Counted from the stretch's first letter, positions 19,982 to 30,456 are shown. The stretch: DNA of 64,000 nucleotides from an uncultured Gemmatimonadales bacterium (GCA_963798845.1 CAWCUS010000006.1:288001-352000); one strand, 5' to 3'. Notes: generated by a model from the sequence alone, not told the origin. Made by a program: numbers and translations.

Positions 19982-20743
19982 TCAGCGCGCCGCAGGAGAA
20001 GGCTCGTTCAGCCGCCGGTCGGGCGCCGCGATCTCCTCGATATGGAGCTTCAACCCCTCCGCTTCCAGGACGTGTCTCGCCACGTTGTAGACAGGGATCC
20101 CGGACGGCGTACGGCCCCGGTAGCTTCCGTGGTGCGCGTGCCCGTGCAGCACCACGTCGGCCCCCATCGTCTCGATCGGGTCCAGCAGCCTGGATGAGCC
20201 GAGGTACGCGAAGATCTGCTCCGGCTCCCCCTTCAGCGTCTCCGTGATCGGGGCGTAGTGCGTCAGGACCACTCGCTGCTCCGTCCGCAGCTCGCGCAAC
20301 CCTCGCTCGAGCTTCAGCGCTTCGTCCACTGCGCTCTGCACGAAGTCCTTGATCAGCCGCTCGCCGAAAGGGCCGAGCGCAGCCCGGCCGAACCCGCCCG
20401 CGAACCCCTTGACCCCCGTGAACCCAATGCCCTGGATCTCCACCGCGTTCCCGTCCAGCACGACCACGCCCGCATCCGCCAGGATGCTGCACAGCTCGGC
20501 CTCGGCCTCGGACTCGAAGTCGTGATTTCCCAGTACCGCAACGATCGGCATGTCGAGTCCGCGGAGCTCGTCCACGAACGCCGACATCTGCTCCGGCCGG
20601 CCGTGGGTGGTCAGGTCCCCGAGGAGGGCGAGGATGTCCGCGTCGCGGCGGCCCCGCTCGAACAGCTCCGCGAGCGAGCCTCGGGAGCGCTCGTCGTAAT
20701 GGAAGTCGCCGATCGCGGCCACCCGCACGGTCCGCTCAGCCAT
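19982..20743 (-). CDS. Calcineurin-like metallophosphoesterase
   Basis: GDFH, GDLT, GNHD, THYAP, HGHAH motifs. Confidence 0.9.
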   Translation of the reverse strand: MAERTVRVAAIGDFHYDERSRGSLAELFERGRRDADILALLGDLTTHGRPEQMSAFVDELRGLDMPIVAVLGNHDFESEAEAELCSILADAGVVVLDGNAVEIQGIGFTGVKGFAGGFGRAALGPFGERLIKDFVQSAVDEALKLERGLRELRTEQRVVLTHYAPITETLKGEPEQIFAYLGSSRLLDPIETMGADVVLHGHAHHGSYRGRTPSGIPVYNVARHVLEAEGLKLHIEEIAAPDRRLNEPSPAAR

Positions 20744-21644
20744 CCCACACTCCCGCGCTCCGGATCGCCTCCACAACGTCCTTCCGCTGCACGGCCGAGA
20801 CGTGGCGCAGCCGCTCGTCGGTGAACCCCCATTCGTTCACGTCAATGGCGAACGAGAAGCGCGACAGCATGGTCCCGCGGCACACCGGCTCGCGATCGGC
20901 GTCTTCAGCCGCGGGAGGCCAGCCTGGCGAGGTGCTTCCCCCGAACGCCTCCTCCTCCAGACGCCGCAGCGCTTCCCGCACCTTACCCGGGATCGCCGCC
21001 CCGTGATCGGGGTAGACGTAGTCGAAGAAGTGGAGCTGCGACGCCAGCAGTCGCCAGTGCGGACCCACCCGCTCCAGCAGCCGGTCCCAGGTCAGCTCGC
21101 TCCCGCGGTGCAGGATCAGGTGGACCACGTCCGCCATGTCGAAGCGGTGGCGCTCCCCTATGAACAGCCGGTGCCAGATCAGCTCCTCCGGCGGCGCGAT
21201 GCGGACCGGCGTGGCGGCTAGGATCGCAGGGCGGGAGTTCTCGTACCACGCACGGTCGATGAAACCGATCCCGTTCGCCATGCCGTAGATCAGGTCCACC
21301 TGCGCTCCCTTCAGCGCTTTGGCCAGCCAGTGGGCTTCCTCCAGCCGCGTTCGGAAGCCGCGCGCCTTCAGCGCTTCCGCCGCTTCCACCACGACGTGCG
21401 GCTCCATCAGCAGGTCGAGGTCCTTCGTCTCGCGGTAGATCCCGGTGTACGCATGGATCGCGTACAGGCCGCTCACCACGTACGGCACGCCCGCCCGGTT
21501 GAGCGTCTCCATCGCCTCGCGGTACACCTCCCGCTCCGCCTCGGGGATCCAGAACTCCCCGTGCGTGAGTGACTTCCGCTCGTCGGCGTTCAGGCGACGC
21601 GTGCCCTGCGGGATCGCTCCCGCCCCACCGGATGTCTCGGTCAT
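20736..21644 (-). CDS. Pol-beta-superfamily nucleotidyltransferase
   Basis: VVSGLYAI...TGIYRETKDLD (G..DxD) and VDLIY third acidic residue; overlaps the phosphoesterase start. Confidence 0.8.
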   Translation of the reverse strand: MTETSGGAGAIPQGTRRLNADERKSLTHGEFWIPEAEREVYREAMETLNRAGVPYVVSGLYAIHAYTGIYRETKDLDLLMEPHVVVEAAEALKARGFRTRLEEAHWLAKALKGAQVDLIYGMANGIGFIDRAWYENSRPAILAATPVRIAPPEELIWHRLFIGERHRFDMADVVHLILHRGSELTWDRLLERVGPHWRLLASQLHFFDYVYPDHGAAIPGKVREALRRLEEEAFGGSTSPGWPPAAEDADREPVCRGTMLSRFSFAIDVNEWGFTDERLRHVSAVQRKDVVEAIRSAGVWDG

Positions 21645-21694
21645 CGACCGTGCAGGGTGCAAGCGCCGTTCCCGATTTTCACTATATTTCGGCC

Positions 21695-22096
21695 ATGCTC
21701 GCCCGCATCATCGCGCTTTTCGTCCTGCTCCCCATGGTGGAGCTCGCCCTCCTGATCCAGATCGGCGACTGGATCGGGCTCGGCCCGACCCTGCTCATCG
21801 TGATCGGCACCGGCGCACTCGGGGGTCTGCTCGCCCGCCGACAGGGACTCCGCGCCTGGCTCGCCATCCAGGGCGAGCTCCGCGAGCGCCGCGTCCCCGC
21901 GGGCGCCCTGCTCGACGGCCTGCTCATCCTGATCGGGGGCGTCTTCCTCCTGACGCCGGGCGTCCTCACCGACCTGCTCGGCCTCTCGCTCCTGGTCCCC
22001 GTCACGCGCGGCGCCATCAAGCGCACGCTCCGACGCCGCTTCGAGCGGGCTGTGCAGCGCGGCGAATCCGGCTTCACCGTTCTCTTCCTTCGCTGA
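21695..22096 (+). CDS. fxsA: FxsA family membrane protein
   Basis: PMVELALLIQIG...G...T, LLTPGVLTDLLG. Confidence 0.9.
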   Translation: MLARIIALFVLLPMVELALLIQIGDWIGLGPTLLIVIGTGALGGLLARRQGLRAWLAIQGELRERRVPAGALLDGLLILIGGVFLLTPGVLTDLLGLSLLVPVTRGAIKRTLRRRFERAVQRGESGFTVLFLR

Positions 22097-22123
22097 TCGG
22101 CGCCCGCACCGCCGCCGTCCGGC

Positions 22124-22153
22124 ACCGCCGCCGGACCCGGGCCCGGCGGCGGT
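22124..22153. terminator. GC-rich hairpin between convergent genes
   Basis: ACCGCCGCCGG-N8-CCGGCGGCGGT inverted repeat; no U-tract. Confidence 0.45.
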
Positions 22154-22159
22154 CCGACG

Positions 22160-23185
22160 CTACGCGTCCAGGTGCTTCCGCAGCCGTTCCGCGTACTCGC
22201 CGCCGGGGCCGTCTGCCGCCACGATCTCGATCGCTTCCGGGCCGCCCACGCCCACCCCCAGCTCCACCGCCCGCGCCATCTGCTCCTGCTCGAAGATGCC
22301 GCGGCTCATGATCGCCTGGTTCGACCCGAGCTCCTTCAGCACGGCCAGACCCACGGCGTCCACGGCCACCCGGTCGCTACCGGCCAGCACTACGTCGCCC
22401 CGCTTCAGCTCGCCGCTCGACGGGCCGCCATCCGTGAACGCCTCCACCCCGTCCAGCACGATCAGCTGCGGCCGATACCCCGTGTTCAGCTCGGCGATCA
22501 TCCGCCGCATGTCCTGGGAGCGGTGCATCTCCCGGCGGATCCGCTTGGGCGTGAGTCCCACGGACAGCTTCAGCGACATGGTGAACACGCCGCCGTACCC
22601 GTGGGTCTTCAGGCACGCCGTCGAAACATTGAATTCCGCATCCACCACGTGGCGCGGGAGCCAGAATCCGTCGCGCCAGTGCGTGCCCGCCGGCCCGAAC
22701 CGGACCCAGTCTCCGTCCGGGATCTCCTCGTAGTTGACCACCTCGAAGCGAAGGTCGCTCGCCATGTCGAACACGCCCTTCTGCTCCATCACCTCGCGCG
22801 TGTCCGGTGGCCCGCTCGACTCGCCGAGCGCTACGCTCCGGGCGCCCCGCTCGTGCATCTCCAGCACCAGCTGCGACAGCGTGTCCGGGTGAGTGGATCC
22901 GGGCGCCGGATCCGCCGTGTTGAAGTTCGGCTTGATGACGACGCGACGGCCGCTCACTCCGCTCAGGTCCAGGAGCTTCAGCGCCCGCGCCACCCCGTCC
23001 TTCCGGTCCGAGGTCCGCACCAGCGCCACGCGCGCCTTCGCCGGGCGGCGCACCGGACCGGAGTGGCTTGCGGTCCTCGTCCGGGACGATGCGGGGCCGT
23101 CGGCGAGGGAAGGCAGCACGGGCAGGGCTGCCAGCCCCAGCCCGGCCGCGCGGATGAATCCCCGGCGGTCGATGCGGTCGGACAT
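22160..23185 (-). CDS. Tat-exported DUF362 family protein
   Basis: Tat motif DRRGFIR; VVIKPNFN, STHPD, LKTH, SLK, DRVAVD. Confidence 0.88.
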   Translation of the reverse strand: MSDRIDRRGFIRAAGLGLAALPVLPSLADGPASSRTRTASHSGPVRRPAKARVALVRTSDRKDGVARALKLLDLSGVSGRRVVIKPNFNTADPAPGSTHPDTLSQLVLEMHERGARSVALGESSGPPDTREVMEQKGVFDMASDLRFEVVNYEEIPDGDWVRFGPAGTHWRDGFWLPRHVVDAEFNVSTACLKTHGYGGVFTMSLKLSVGLTPKRIRREMHRSQDMRRMIAELNTGYRPQLIVLDGVEAFTDGGPSSGELKRGDVVLAGSDRVAVDAVGLAVLKELGSNQAIMSRGIFEQEQMARAVELGVGVGGPEAIEIVAADGPGGEYAERLRKHLDA

Positions 23186-23486
23186 GGTGCCTCCACGACA
23201 GGGTGTCGTGCGGGCGGGGCCAGGCTCATCATGGACCCGGCTTCGCTTTTCTGGCAAGAAGACCGTTTCAGGGCCGCTCTTGAGCGCGGACGACCGACGG
23301 TGACTCGCGCGCCGTCGTCACGCGCAGCGCGCCCGGCGGACGTCAGGGCGCCTTGCGCCCGGCCCCGACCTGCGTCCGGCACCCGGCCACAGGACGGCCG
23401 GTTGCGCCCCCCTCACGCGACGGCACACATTCTCCGTCCGCCGGTATCACGAGGTGAAGCCAGCCCCTGCCGCCAGGACACATCGC

Positions 23487-25547
23487 ATGGACTCCGACAT
23501 CCGCAGCATCCGCGTCAGCAAGCGCCCGGACACCCTTCGATTCGATGGGCGCGTCCTCTTCCTCGTGGACGACGCCGACCTGATCCGCCGGCAGCTCGAC
23601 GGCGAAGACCTGGAGCTCACGCCCGAGCTGCGCTCGATGCTCCGCGATCAGATCTCCACCGACGAGATCACCCCCGCTTACATCTGCTACTACTTCGACG
23701 AGACCCTCGGCGAGTTCCCCTACCTGGGGCTGCGGGCCGGCGGTGAGGCGCCCGTCACCCGGGGCAGCGTGAAGAAGGGCGGGTTCGTCTGCTCCGTGGC
23801 CGGCAAGCGGCGAGGCAAGGGGAGCTCCCGGGAGCAGTCGCCCTACGCGGAGATGATGGCGGGGATCCGCGTCGTCGTCGCGGAGAACATCGAGCGGATC
23901 TACAACGAGAACTGCCAGAACCTGGGCATCTTCACCTCCACCGACTTCTCTCTCATCGACCGCATCCGCGACGGGGAGGAGATCGCGCTCAGCGAGTTCA
24001 CCAATGGCGTGGACGCGATCACGCGGCAGATCATCGAGTACGGCGGCCTGTTCGAGTTCAACGTGGCGCGCCTCCAGGGGAAGGTGGAGATCCCGGCGCT
24101 CGAATCGCAGGAGCCGGACGCGACAGTGCGCCCCATGACCGTGGCCGAGAAGATCTTCGCACGGAACTGGGTGGTGGACGCTGCGGCCGGCGAGTACGGC
24201 GTCCCCTGGGTGAAGCCGGGCGACAGCGGGTTCGTTCGAACCGACTACCGCTTCAGCCACGAGTACGTCACGCCGATGGCCGCCATCTTCTTCGAGGAGA
24301 AGCTCGGCGCCGACGCCAGGGTGACGGACGCCTCCAGCATCATCATGTTCCGCGACCACCTGACCTATCTGCACGAGGTGATGCCGCAGGAGCGGGTGCA
24401 GCTCGGGCTCCTGGACGTCGCCCGGCAGCTGAAGGACAAGCAGCAGCAGTTCTCGGAGAAGCAGGGGATCAAGCTCTACGGCGAGCGGCTGGGCGCCCGG
24501 CTCGGCTCGGAAGCGATCTGCCACTCGAAGATGCTCGAGGAGTACGCCGAGCCCGGCCAGCTCATCGTCGGCACCGACTCCCACACCCCCCACTCCGGCG
24601 CCATCGGCGCCATCGCCTTCGGCGTGGGCACCACCGCGATCTTCAACTCCTGGATCACCAAGGACGTACGGGTCAGTGTGCCGCCGTCGTTCAGGGTGGT
24701 CATCCGGGGCACCAAACCGGACCACGTCACGGCCAAGGATTTCATGCTGGAGATCCTGCGCCATCCCTACGTCCGCGATGGCCTCGCCATCGGCCAGATC
24801 ATCGAGTATGCCGGCGAAGCCGTCGAGGCGCTCAGCATAGACGAGCGGGCCACGATGACCAACATGGCGGCGGAAGTGGGCGCCTTCACGGGGATCGTGG
24901 CGCCGGACGGGAGGGCGGTGGACTACCTCGTCGCCGAGCGGGGAATGGACCCGGCCGAGGCCGAGCGGCTGATCGATGGCCTCCGCTCCGACCCGGACGC
25001 CGAGTACGTGAAGGTGATCGAGCTGGATGCGTCCAGGATCCGGCCCATGGTGGCGCTCCCGGGAGACCCGGGCAACGGGCTATACATGGACGAGCTCGCC
25101 GACCAGCCGATCCGCATCGACGCCGCCTACGCCGGCTCCTGCACCGCGGGCAAGAAGGAGGACATGGACATGTACGCCCGCGTCCTGCGCTCGGCACGCG
25201 AGCAGGGCCTGGCGGTGGCGCCCGGCGTACGCATGTACATCCAGTGCGGCTCCCAGGAGGTGAAGGAGTACTGCAGGAAGCAGGGTTACCTCGACCTCTT
25301 CGAGGAGGTCGGCGCCCGCTTCATCGAGCCGGGCTGCGGCGCGTGCATCGCTGCCGGCCCCGGCACCAGCGCCTCCCCGGACGAGGTCACGATCTCGAGC
25401 CAGAACCGGAACTTCCCCGGCCGCTCCGGCCCGGGCCAGCTCTATCTGGCCTCTCCCTACGCCGTGGCCGCGTCCGCCATCGCGGGATACGTCACGGCGT
25501 GGGAGCCGGGGAAGCCGATCCGCCAGCTCGAGCCCGTGGGCAGCTGA
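23487..25547 (+). CDS. Aconitase/isopropylmalate-dehydratase family enzyme, swivel domain fused N-terminally
   Basis: N-terminal DQISTDEI and GKGSSREQS (LeuD-like); then MTVAEKI, DHL, ICH, GTDSHT, GSCT, PGCGAC, SSQNRNFPGR, YLASP (LeuC-like). Confidence 0.9.
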   Translation: MDSDIRSIRVSKRPDTLRFDGRVLFLVDDADLIRRQLDGEDLELTPELRSMLRDQISTDEITPAYICYYFDETLGEFPYLGLRAGGEAPVTRGSVKKGGFVCSVAGKRRGKGSSREQSPYAEMMAGIRVVVAENIERIYNENCQNLGIFTSTDFSLIDRIRDGEEIALSEFTNGVDAITRQIIEYGGLFEFNVARLQGKVEIPALESQEPDATVRPMTVAEKIFARNWVVDAAAGEYGVPWVKPGDSGFVRTDYRFSHEYVTPMAAIFFEEKLGADARVTDASSIIMFRDHLTYLHEVMPQERVQLGLLDVARQLKDKQQQFSEKQGIKLYGERLGARLGSEAICHSKMLEEYAEPGQLIVGTDSHTPHSGAIGAIAFGVGTTAIFNSWITKDVRVSVPPSFRVVIRGTKPDHVTAKDFMLEILRHPYVRDGLAIGQIIEYAGEAVEALSIDERATMTNMAAEVGAFTGIVAPDGRAVDYLVAERGMDPAEAERLIDGLRSDPDAEYVKVIELDASRIRPMVALPGDPGNGLYMDELADQPIRIDAAYAGSCTAGKKEDMDMYARVLRSAREQGLAVAPGVRMYIQCGSQEVKEYCRKQGYLDLFEEVGARFIEPGCGACIAAGPGTSASPDEVTISSQNRNFPGRSGPGQLYLASPYAVAASAIAGYVTAWEPGKPIRQLEPVGS

Positions 25548-25624
25548 CCCATGCGGCGGTGCGGACCAACCGAACGGGGTCCTCATCCGGCCCACCCCCG
25601 CCCGCGGGCAGCGCGGACCAGGTC

Positions 25625-26353
25625 ATGGCTCGGGTAGCTCCCCCTCGGGCCACGCTGCCCGGAGGCCTCCGGGCAGCGCTCGCCTCCCTTGCCATGCTGG
25701 CGACGGGCGCGGGAAACGCCCCCGCCCAGACGCTCCGCGGCACCGTCTCCGACACCGAGGGCCACCCCCTCTCGGGCGCCGCCGTGATGCTCGTGGGCGA
25801 GCGCAGCGGCGTCATGCTCGATTCCGCCCGCGCCGATGCCCGGGGCGCTTTCGTCCTGAGCGCACCGGACCCCGGCAGCTACATCGTCCACGTGCACCTC
25901 GACGGGTGGGCGGACGTGCCCACGGACGCCGTCGAGATCGCGGCCGGCCAGACGCGCCAGGTCGACTTCCGCGTGCCGCTCATCGGCATGAGCGTGATCG
26001 CCGAGATCGGGGATCGGATCGCCGCCGACCCCGACCTCCAGCGGGACCTCCCCCAGCTCTGCGGCGAACCGATGCGCCCGTGGGAGGCCGGCCTCGTGGT
26101 GGGAGAGGTCCGGGATCGGGCGACGCGGGCCAGAGTGGCCGGCGCTCGCGTGTGGGCGGAGTCGTCGTCCGCCGACACCGTCCGCGCCACGATCACGAAC
26201 GGCCGCGGGACGTTCGTCTTGTGCAACATCCCCCGGGGGAGCGGCGTTCGGTTGCGGGCAGCGACAGTCGATGGCCGCGCAGATTCGGTCGACGTGGAGG
26301 TCAGGCCCGGAATGGTGAGCTGGTGCGATCTTCTCGTGAGGAAGCAGCCATGA
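25625..26353 (+). CDS. Secreted protein with two carboxypeptidase-regulatory-like domains
   Basis: Signal peptide; LRGTVSDTEGHPLSGAAV and GEVRDRATRARVAGARV repeats. Confidence 0.75.
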   Translation: MARVAPPRATLPGGLRAALASLAMLATGAGNAPAQTLRGTVSDTEGHPLSGAAVMLVGERSGVMLDSARADARGAFVLSAPDPGSYIVHVHLDGWADVPTDAVEIAAGQTRQVDFRVPLIGMSVIAEIGDRIAADPDLQRDLPQLCGEPMRPWEAGLVVGEVRDRATRARVAGARVWAESSSADTVRATITNGRGTFVLCNIPRGSGVRLRAATVDGRADSVDVEVRPGMVSWCDLLVRKQP

Positions 26354-26829
26354 GCGTCCATCCCGGGGGAGAGGGCATGCCGGGTTCTTTGGAGGCCATC
26401 TGGATCAAGCGCTTCAAGCGCGGACCGATGGACGGCGCCACCGAGGCGCGACTGGTCGAGGACCGGGGCATTGTCGGGAACGCCAACCAGGGCGGCCGAC
26501 GGCAGGTCACGGTGATCCAGCGCGACACGTGGGATGACATGATGCGCGACCTGGGCGACCCCGGGCTCGACCCGTCCGTCCGCCGCGCCAATCTCCTCGT
26601 CGACGGCGTCGACCTGGCAGACTCTCGGGGCAAAGTGCTCGAGGTCGGCGCCGTCAGGATCCGGATTGTCGGCGAAACCCGCCCATGTGAACGCATGGAC
26701 GAGGCCTTCCCCGGCCTCCGTCACGCCATGTCCCGACCGTGGCGGGGGGGTGCCTACGGCACGGTGCTCCGGGGCGGCACGATCCGGGTCGGGGACGCCG
26801 CCCGGCTCGTGGACGAACTCCCGGAGTGA
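26350..26829 (+). CDS. MOSC domain protein
   Basis: RQVT, RRANLLVDG, GETRPCERM, GTIRVGD. Confidence 0.9.
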   Translation: MSVHPGGEGMPGSLEAIWIKRFKRGPMDGATEARLVEDRGIVGNANQGGRRQVTVIQRDTWDDMMRDLGDPGLDPSVRRANLLVDGVDLADSRGKVLEVGAVRIRIVGETRPCERMDEAFPGLRHAMSRPWRGGAYGTVLRGGTIRVGDAARLVDELPE

Positions 26830-26922
26830 CCCGCGACGCCGCGGATGGGTTGGCGATCCGGCAGCCGCGCGCTACACTCCGAATCGAGAGAGGGGCCGCG
26901 CCCCGAATCCCGGAGAACCTCG

Positions 26923-27444
26923 ATGTCGCTGGTCCGCCGCATGATCCCGCTCGTCGCAGCAGTCGCCGCCCTCGCGCCCGCGGCTGGCCACGCACAGGCC
27001 AATCTCTTCAGCCGGGAACATGGCACGCGGGACTACCAGACCCAGCTCTACGAGGCCACGGTGCGCAAGGGGATGAACGCCACCCTGGCCGCCTGGCACG
27101 ACGCCTGGGAACGGGATGACCCGGACGCCATCGCCCGCCTCTACCTCGAAGACGCCACGGTGTTCACACCCGAGGGGACGGTCCAGGGCCGCGACGCGAT
27201 TGCCGCCTATTACCGCCGCATCCTCCCCGACCGCGCGGGGCTCCGCAGCTTCCCGCTCCACTTCAACGCCAGCGGGGTTCTCGCCTACACAGTGGAGCTG
27301 AATACCATGCACATTGGCACCGGCGACGATGAGCGCACGTGGGCGGAGCGGAACTTCCTGGTCCTGCGCCAGCAGTGGAACGACACGTGGCTCATCGAGT
27401 CCCAGCTCACGGCCGAGGTGCAGGGAGACGCTGCCGGGCACTGA
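26923..27444 (+). CDS. Exported NTF2/SnoaL-like (DUF4440-like) protein
   Basis: Signal peptide; AWERDDPDAIARLYLEDA...GRDAI...W.I pattern. Confidence 0.75.
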   Translation: MSLVRRMIPLVAAVAALAPAAGHAQANLFSREHGTRDYQTQLYEATVRKGMNATLAAWHDAWERDDPDAIARLYLEDATVFTPEGTVQGRDAIAAYYRRILPDRAGLRSFPLHFNASGVLAYTVELNTMHIGTGDDERTWAERNFLVLRQQWNDTWLIESQLTAEVQGDAAGH

Positions 27445-27524
27445 ATCCGCGGACCACCCGGCCCCATTCCGGTGAGTTGAGTGTGGGGTGGTCATAGATC
27501 GCACCCGAGTCTACCTTTCGGGCC

Positions 27525-30260
27525 ATGCCATTCCGGAGGACCTTCCAGACCACCATTGTCGCCGCCGCCCTGCTGCTCCCGACCGGAGCCGCTCGGGCGC
27601 AGGCACCTTCCACCGACTACCAGGGCGCAACGGCCACGGGCCTCGCGCTGCGTCGGCTGGGCACCACTGCGCGTCTGCTCATGATCGGCGCGCACCCCGA
27701 CGATGAGAATACGGCACTGGTCGCGCCGCTCGCGCTGGGCCAGGGCGCGGATGTGGCTTACCTGTCGCTGACGCGCGGGGAAGGGGGGCAGAACGGCATC
27801 GGTCCGGAGCTGGGCACCGCGCTCGGCATTCTTCGCTCCGAGGAGCTGCTCGCCGCGCGCCGGCTCGACGGCGGTACGCAGCTGTTCAGCCGCGCCATCG
27901 ATTACGGCTATTCCAAGAGCGCTGAGGAGGCGTTCAGCCACTGGCCGCGCGATTCCCTGCTCGCGGACGTCGTGGCGGCCATCCGCCGCTATCGACCGGA
28001 CGTGGTCGTGTCCGTCTGGAGCGGCACTCCCCTCGACGGCCACGGCCAGCACCAGGCGTCCGGGATCGTCTCTCGCGAGGCCGTCCTCGCCGCAGGCGAC
28101 CCGTCCCGGTTCCCCGAGCAGATCGCAGCCGGGCTCCGGCCGTTCACCCCTCACCTCTTCTATCGCTCCGCCGGCTTCGGCGGGCCAGGCGACGTGGTGG
28201 AGGTGAACACCGGCACGCTGGACCCGCTCCTGGGCCGCTCGTACTACCAGGTGGCGATGGCCAGCCGCAGCCGCCACCGGAGCCAGGACCAGGGGAGCCG
28301 CCAGACCCCGGGACCGCGCCGCACCGCCGTGCAGCGCATCGACCCGTCGGCCCCCGTCCAGGTGGCCGAGGACCGGCGCTTCGGCCGCTACATGGAAGGG
28401 CCGCCGTCGAAGGACGTTTCCCTCTTCTCCGGCGTGGACACCCTCCTCTCGCAGCGGGCCCGCAGCGCGGCGGCCCGGGCGACGGGGGCCCGCGCCCGCG
28501 CCCTGGAGAACGCCGCGGACCTGCTCGCCGGTTACGAAGCCCTGGTCGACTCCGCCCGCTCGGCCTTCGACCCGCTTCGCCCCGGGCGCATCGTGCCGCC
28601 CCTTCTCGAGGCGACCCGCCGCCTGAGCGCGGCGCAGGCCGCCCTGCCCGACCCCGCGGACGGCGCAGCCACCTCCCGCAGCGACGGCGGCGACGCAGAC
28701 GTCCGCGAGATCCGCTTCCACCTGGACGGTGAGGTCGACGATCTCCGCGACGCCGTGCTGCGCGCCGCGGACGTGCGGCTGGACGCCGTCGCCGACCGCG
28801 AGAACGTGGTCCCGGGACAGACGTTCTCCCTGACATTGTCGGTCTGGAACGGCGGCGCCGACACGGTGAGCGCCCGCGTCGGGCCGCTCCTCCCTGCAGG
28901 CTGGAGCGCCGCCACGGGCACGGCCACGGATCACGGCGCGCCGCAAGCCGTGCTCGCGGTTGCACCCGGAGATCGAGCCGAGGCCAGCTTCCAGGTGACG
29001 GCGCCCGCGAACGCGGCCGTCACCACGCCCTACTACCTGGACCCGGCGCACCCGACCACCGGCGACTTCTATCGCTGGCCACCGGATCCCGCGATCTGGG
29101 GGCTCCCCTTCGCCCCCGACCCCGTGCGCGCGTCATTCGCTCTCGATCTGCGCGGCGCGGGTCCCCTCGCCTACCAGCGCGACGCGGCCATGATCGGCGT
29201 GGACCGGCGCAGCGGTGAATTCCGCCACCCGGTCAAGGTCGTCCCGGCCGTGTCCGTGGGCCTCGCCCCGGAGCTGGCCGTGTTCAGTCTGGACGCGCCG
29301 CGGAAGCTCCGCTTCACGACACGGCTCCGCTCCAACGCCGGTACGGATCTCCGTGGCTGGATCCGGCCGTCGGCTCCCGACGGCTGGCGGGTCAGCCCCG
29401 ACAGCGTCGCCGTGTCCCTGCCGTCCGGCGGCCCCGAGTTGTCCGCCACGTTCGAGATCACGCCGCCCACGGACGTGCCCGCCGGCGAGTACGATCTCGG
29501 CGTGGCCCTCGTCATGCCCGCCGACACGTTCGACCTCGGCTATGAGGTCATCGACTACCCGCACATCGAGCCGCACCACCTCTATCGGCCGTCCACCGCG
29601 CGCGTCCGCGCCCTCGACGTTCGCGTGGCCGATGTTCACGTCGGCTATGTCCCCGGCGCCGGTGACGACATACCCGATGCCCTCGACCAGCTGGGCGTTT
29701 CCTGGGAGCCCATCGACGCGGCCGCCCTGGCCGGCGGCGACCTCTCCCGCTTCGACGTCATCGTCACCGGCATACGCGCGTACGAGGTGAATGATGACCT
29801 CGTAGCCCACAACCAGCGGCTGCTGGACTGGGTCCGCGACGGCGGCACCCTCATCGTCCAGTACAACAAGTACCCGGCTCTCGCCCGCGACTACACGCCC
29901 TGGCCCGTCACCATAGCGCGCCCCCACGGACGCGTGACGAACCCGGCGGCGCCGGTCACCATCCTACAGCCCGACAATCCGGTCTTTACGACGCCCAACA
30001 GGATCGGGCCGGCCGACTGGCAGGGGTGGGTACAGGAGCGCGGCCTCTACTTCTGGGACACGTGGCAGGGGCCCTTCACGCCGCTCCTCGCCATGAGCGA
30101 TCCGGGCGAGGCGCCGCTCGAGGGCTCGCTTCTCGTCGCACCGCTGGGGAAGGGAACGTACGTCTACACGGCTCTGGCGTTCTTCCGGCAGCTCCCCGCC
30201 GGCGTGCCCGGCGCGTACCGGCTGTTCGCCAACATGCTGTCCCTGGGCGCGGAGCCGTGA
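27525..30260 (+). CDS. Secreted PIG-L family deacetylase with NEW3-like and C-terminal GATase-like domains
   Basis: AHPDDE, TRGEGGQN, HGQHQA, SRHRSQ; C-terminal WVQERGLYF, FFRQLPAGVPGAYRLFAN. Confidence 0.9.
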   Translation: MPFRRTFQTTIVAAALLLPTGAARAQAPSTDYQGATATGLALRRLGTTARLLMIGAHPDDENTALVAPLALGQGADVAYLSLTRGEGGQNGIGPELGTALGILRSEELLAARRLDGGTQLFSRAIDYGYSKSAEEAFSHWPRDSLLADVVAAIRRYRPDVVVSVWSGTPLDGHGQHQASGIVSREAVLAAGDPSRFPEQIAAGLRPFTPHLFYRSAGFGGPGDVVEVNTGTLDPLLGRSYYQVAMASRSRHRSQDQGSRQTPGPRRTAVQRIDPSAPVQVAEDRRFGRYMEGPPSKDVSLFSGVDTLLSQRARSAAARATGARARALENAADLLAGYEALVDSARSAFDPLRPGRIVPPLLEATRRLSAAQAALPDPADGAATSRSDGGDADVREIRFHLDGEVDDLRDAVLRAADVRLDAVADRENVVPGQTFSLTLSVWNGGADTVSARVGPLLPAGWSAATGTATDHGAPQAVLAVAPGDRAEASFQVTAPANAAVTTPYYLDPAHPTTGDFYRWPPDPAIWGLPFAPDPVRASFALDLRGAGPLAYQRDAAMIGVDRRSGEFRHPVKVVPAVSVGLAPELAVFSLDAPRKLRFTTRLRSNAGTDLRGWIRPSAPDGWRVSPDSVAVSLPSGGPELSATFEITPPTDVPAGEYDLGVALVMPADTFDLGYEVIDYPHIEPHHLYRPSTARVRALDVRVADVHVGYVPGAGDDIPDALDQLGVSWEPIDAAALAGGDLSRFDVIVTGIRAYEVNDDLVAHNQRLLDWVRDGGTLIVQYNKYPALARDYTPWPVTIARPHGRVTNPAAPVTILQPDNPVFTTPNRIGPADWQGWVQERGLYFWDTWQGPFTPLLAMSDPGEAPLEGSLLVAPLGKGTYVYTALAFFRQLPAGVPGAYRLFANMLSLGAEP

Positions 30261-30355
30261 GCGGCCGCCGGGAGCCGCGCCCGCCGGGCGCCCCACGGGG
30301 CGACGGCGACCCCACGTCACCCGCCGGCCCACGGACGCCCCGACGCCCCCGCTCC

Positions 30356-30442
30356 ATGCGCGCCCTCTACATCCGCGTCCTTCTCGTCCAGGCCGTGACC
30401 CTTCTGGCGCTCTGGGCACTCCAGGCGGCGTTCGCCGGATGA
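30356..30442 (+). CDS. Small single-TM protein (28 aa) preceding a sodium:solute symporter
   Basis: MRALYIRVLLVQAVTLLALWALQAAFAG; an alternative GTG start at 30257 overlaps the PIG-L stop. Confidence 0.55.
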   Translation: MRALYIRVLLVQAVTLLALWALQAAFAG

Positions 30443-30456
30443 GCCGCCGATAGGCG

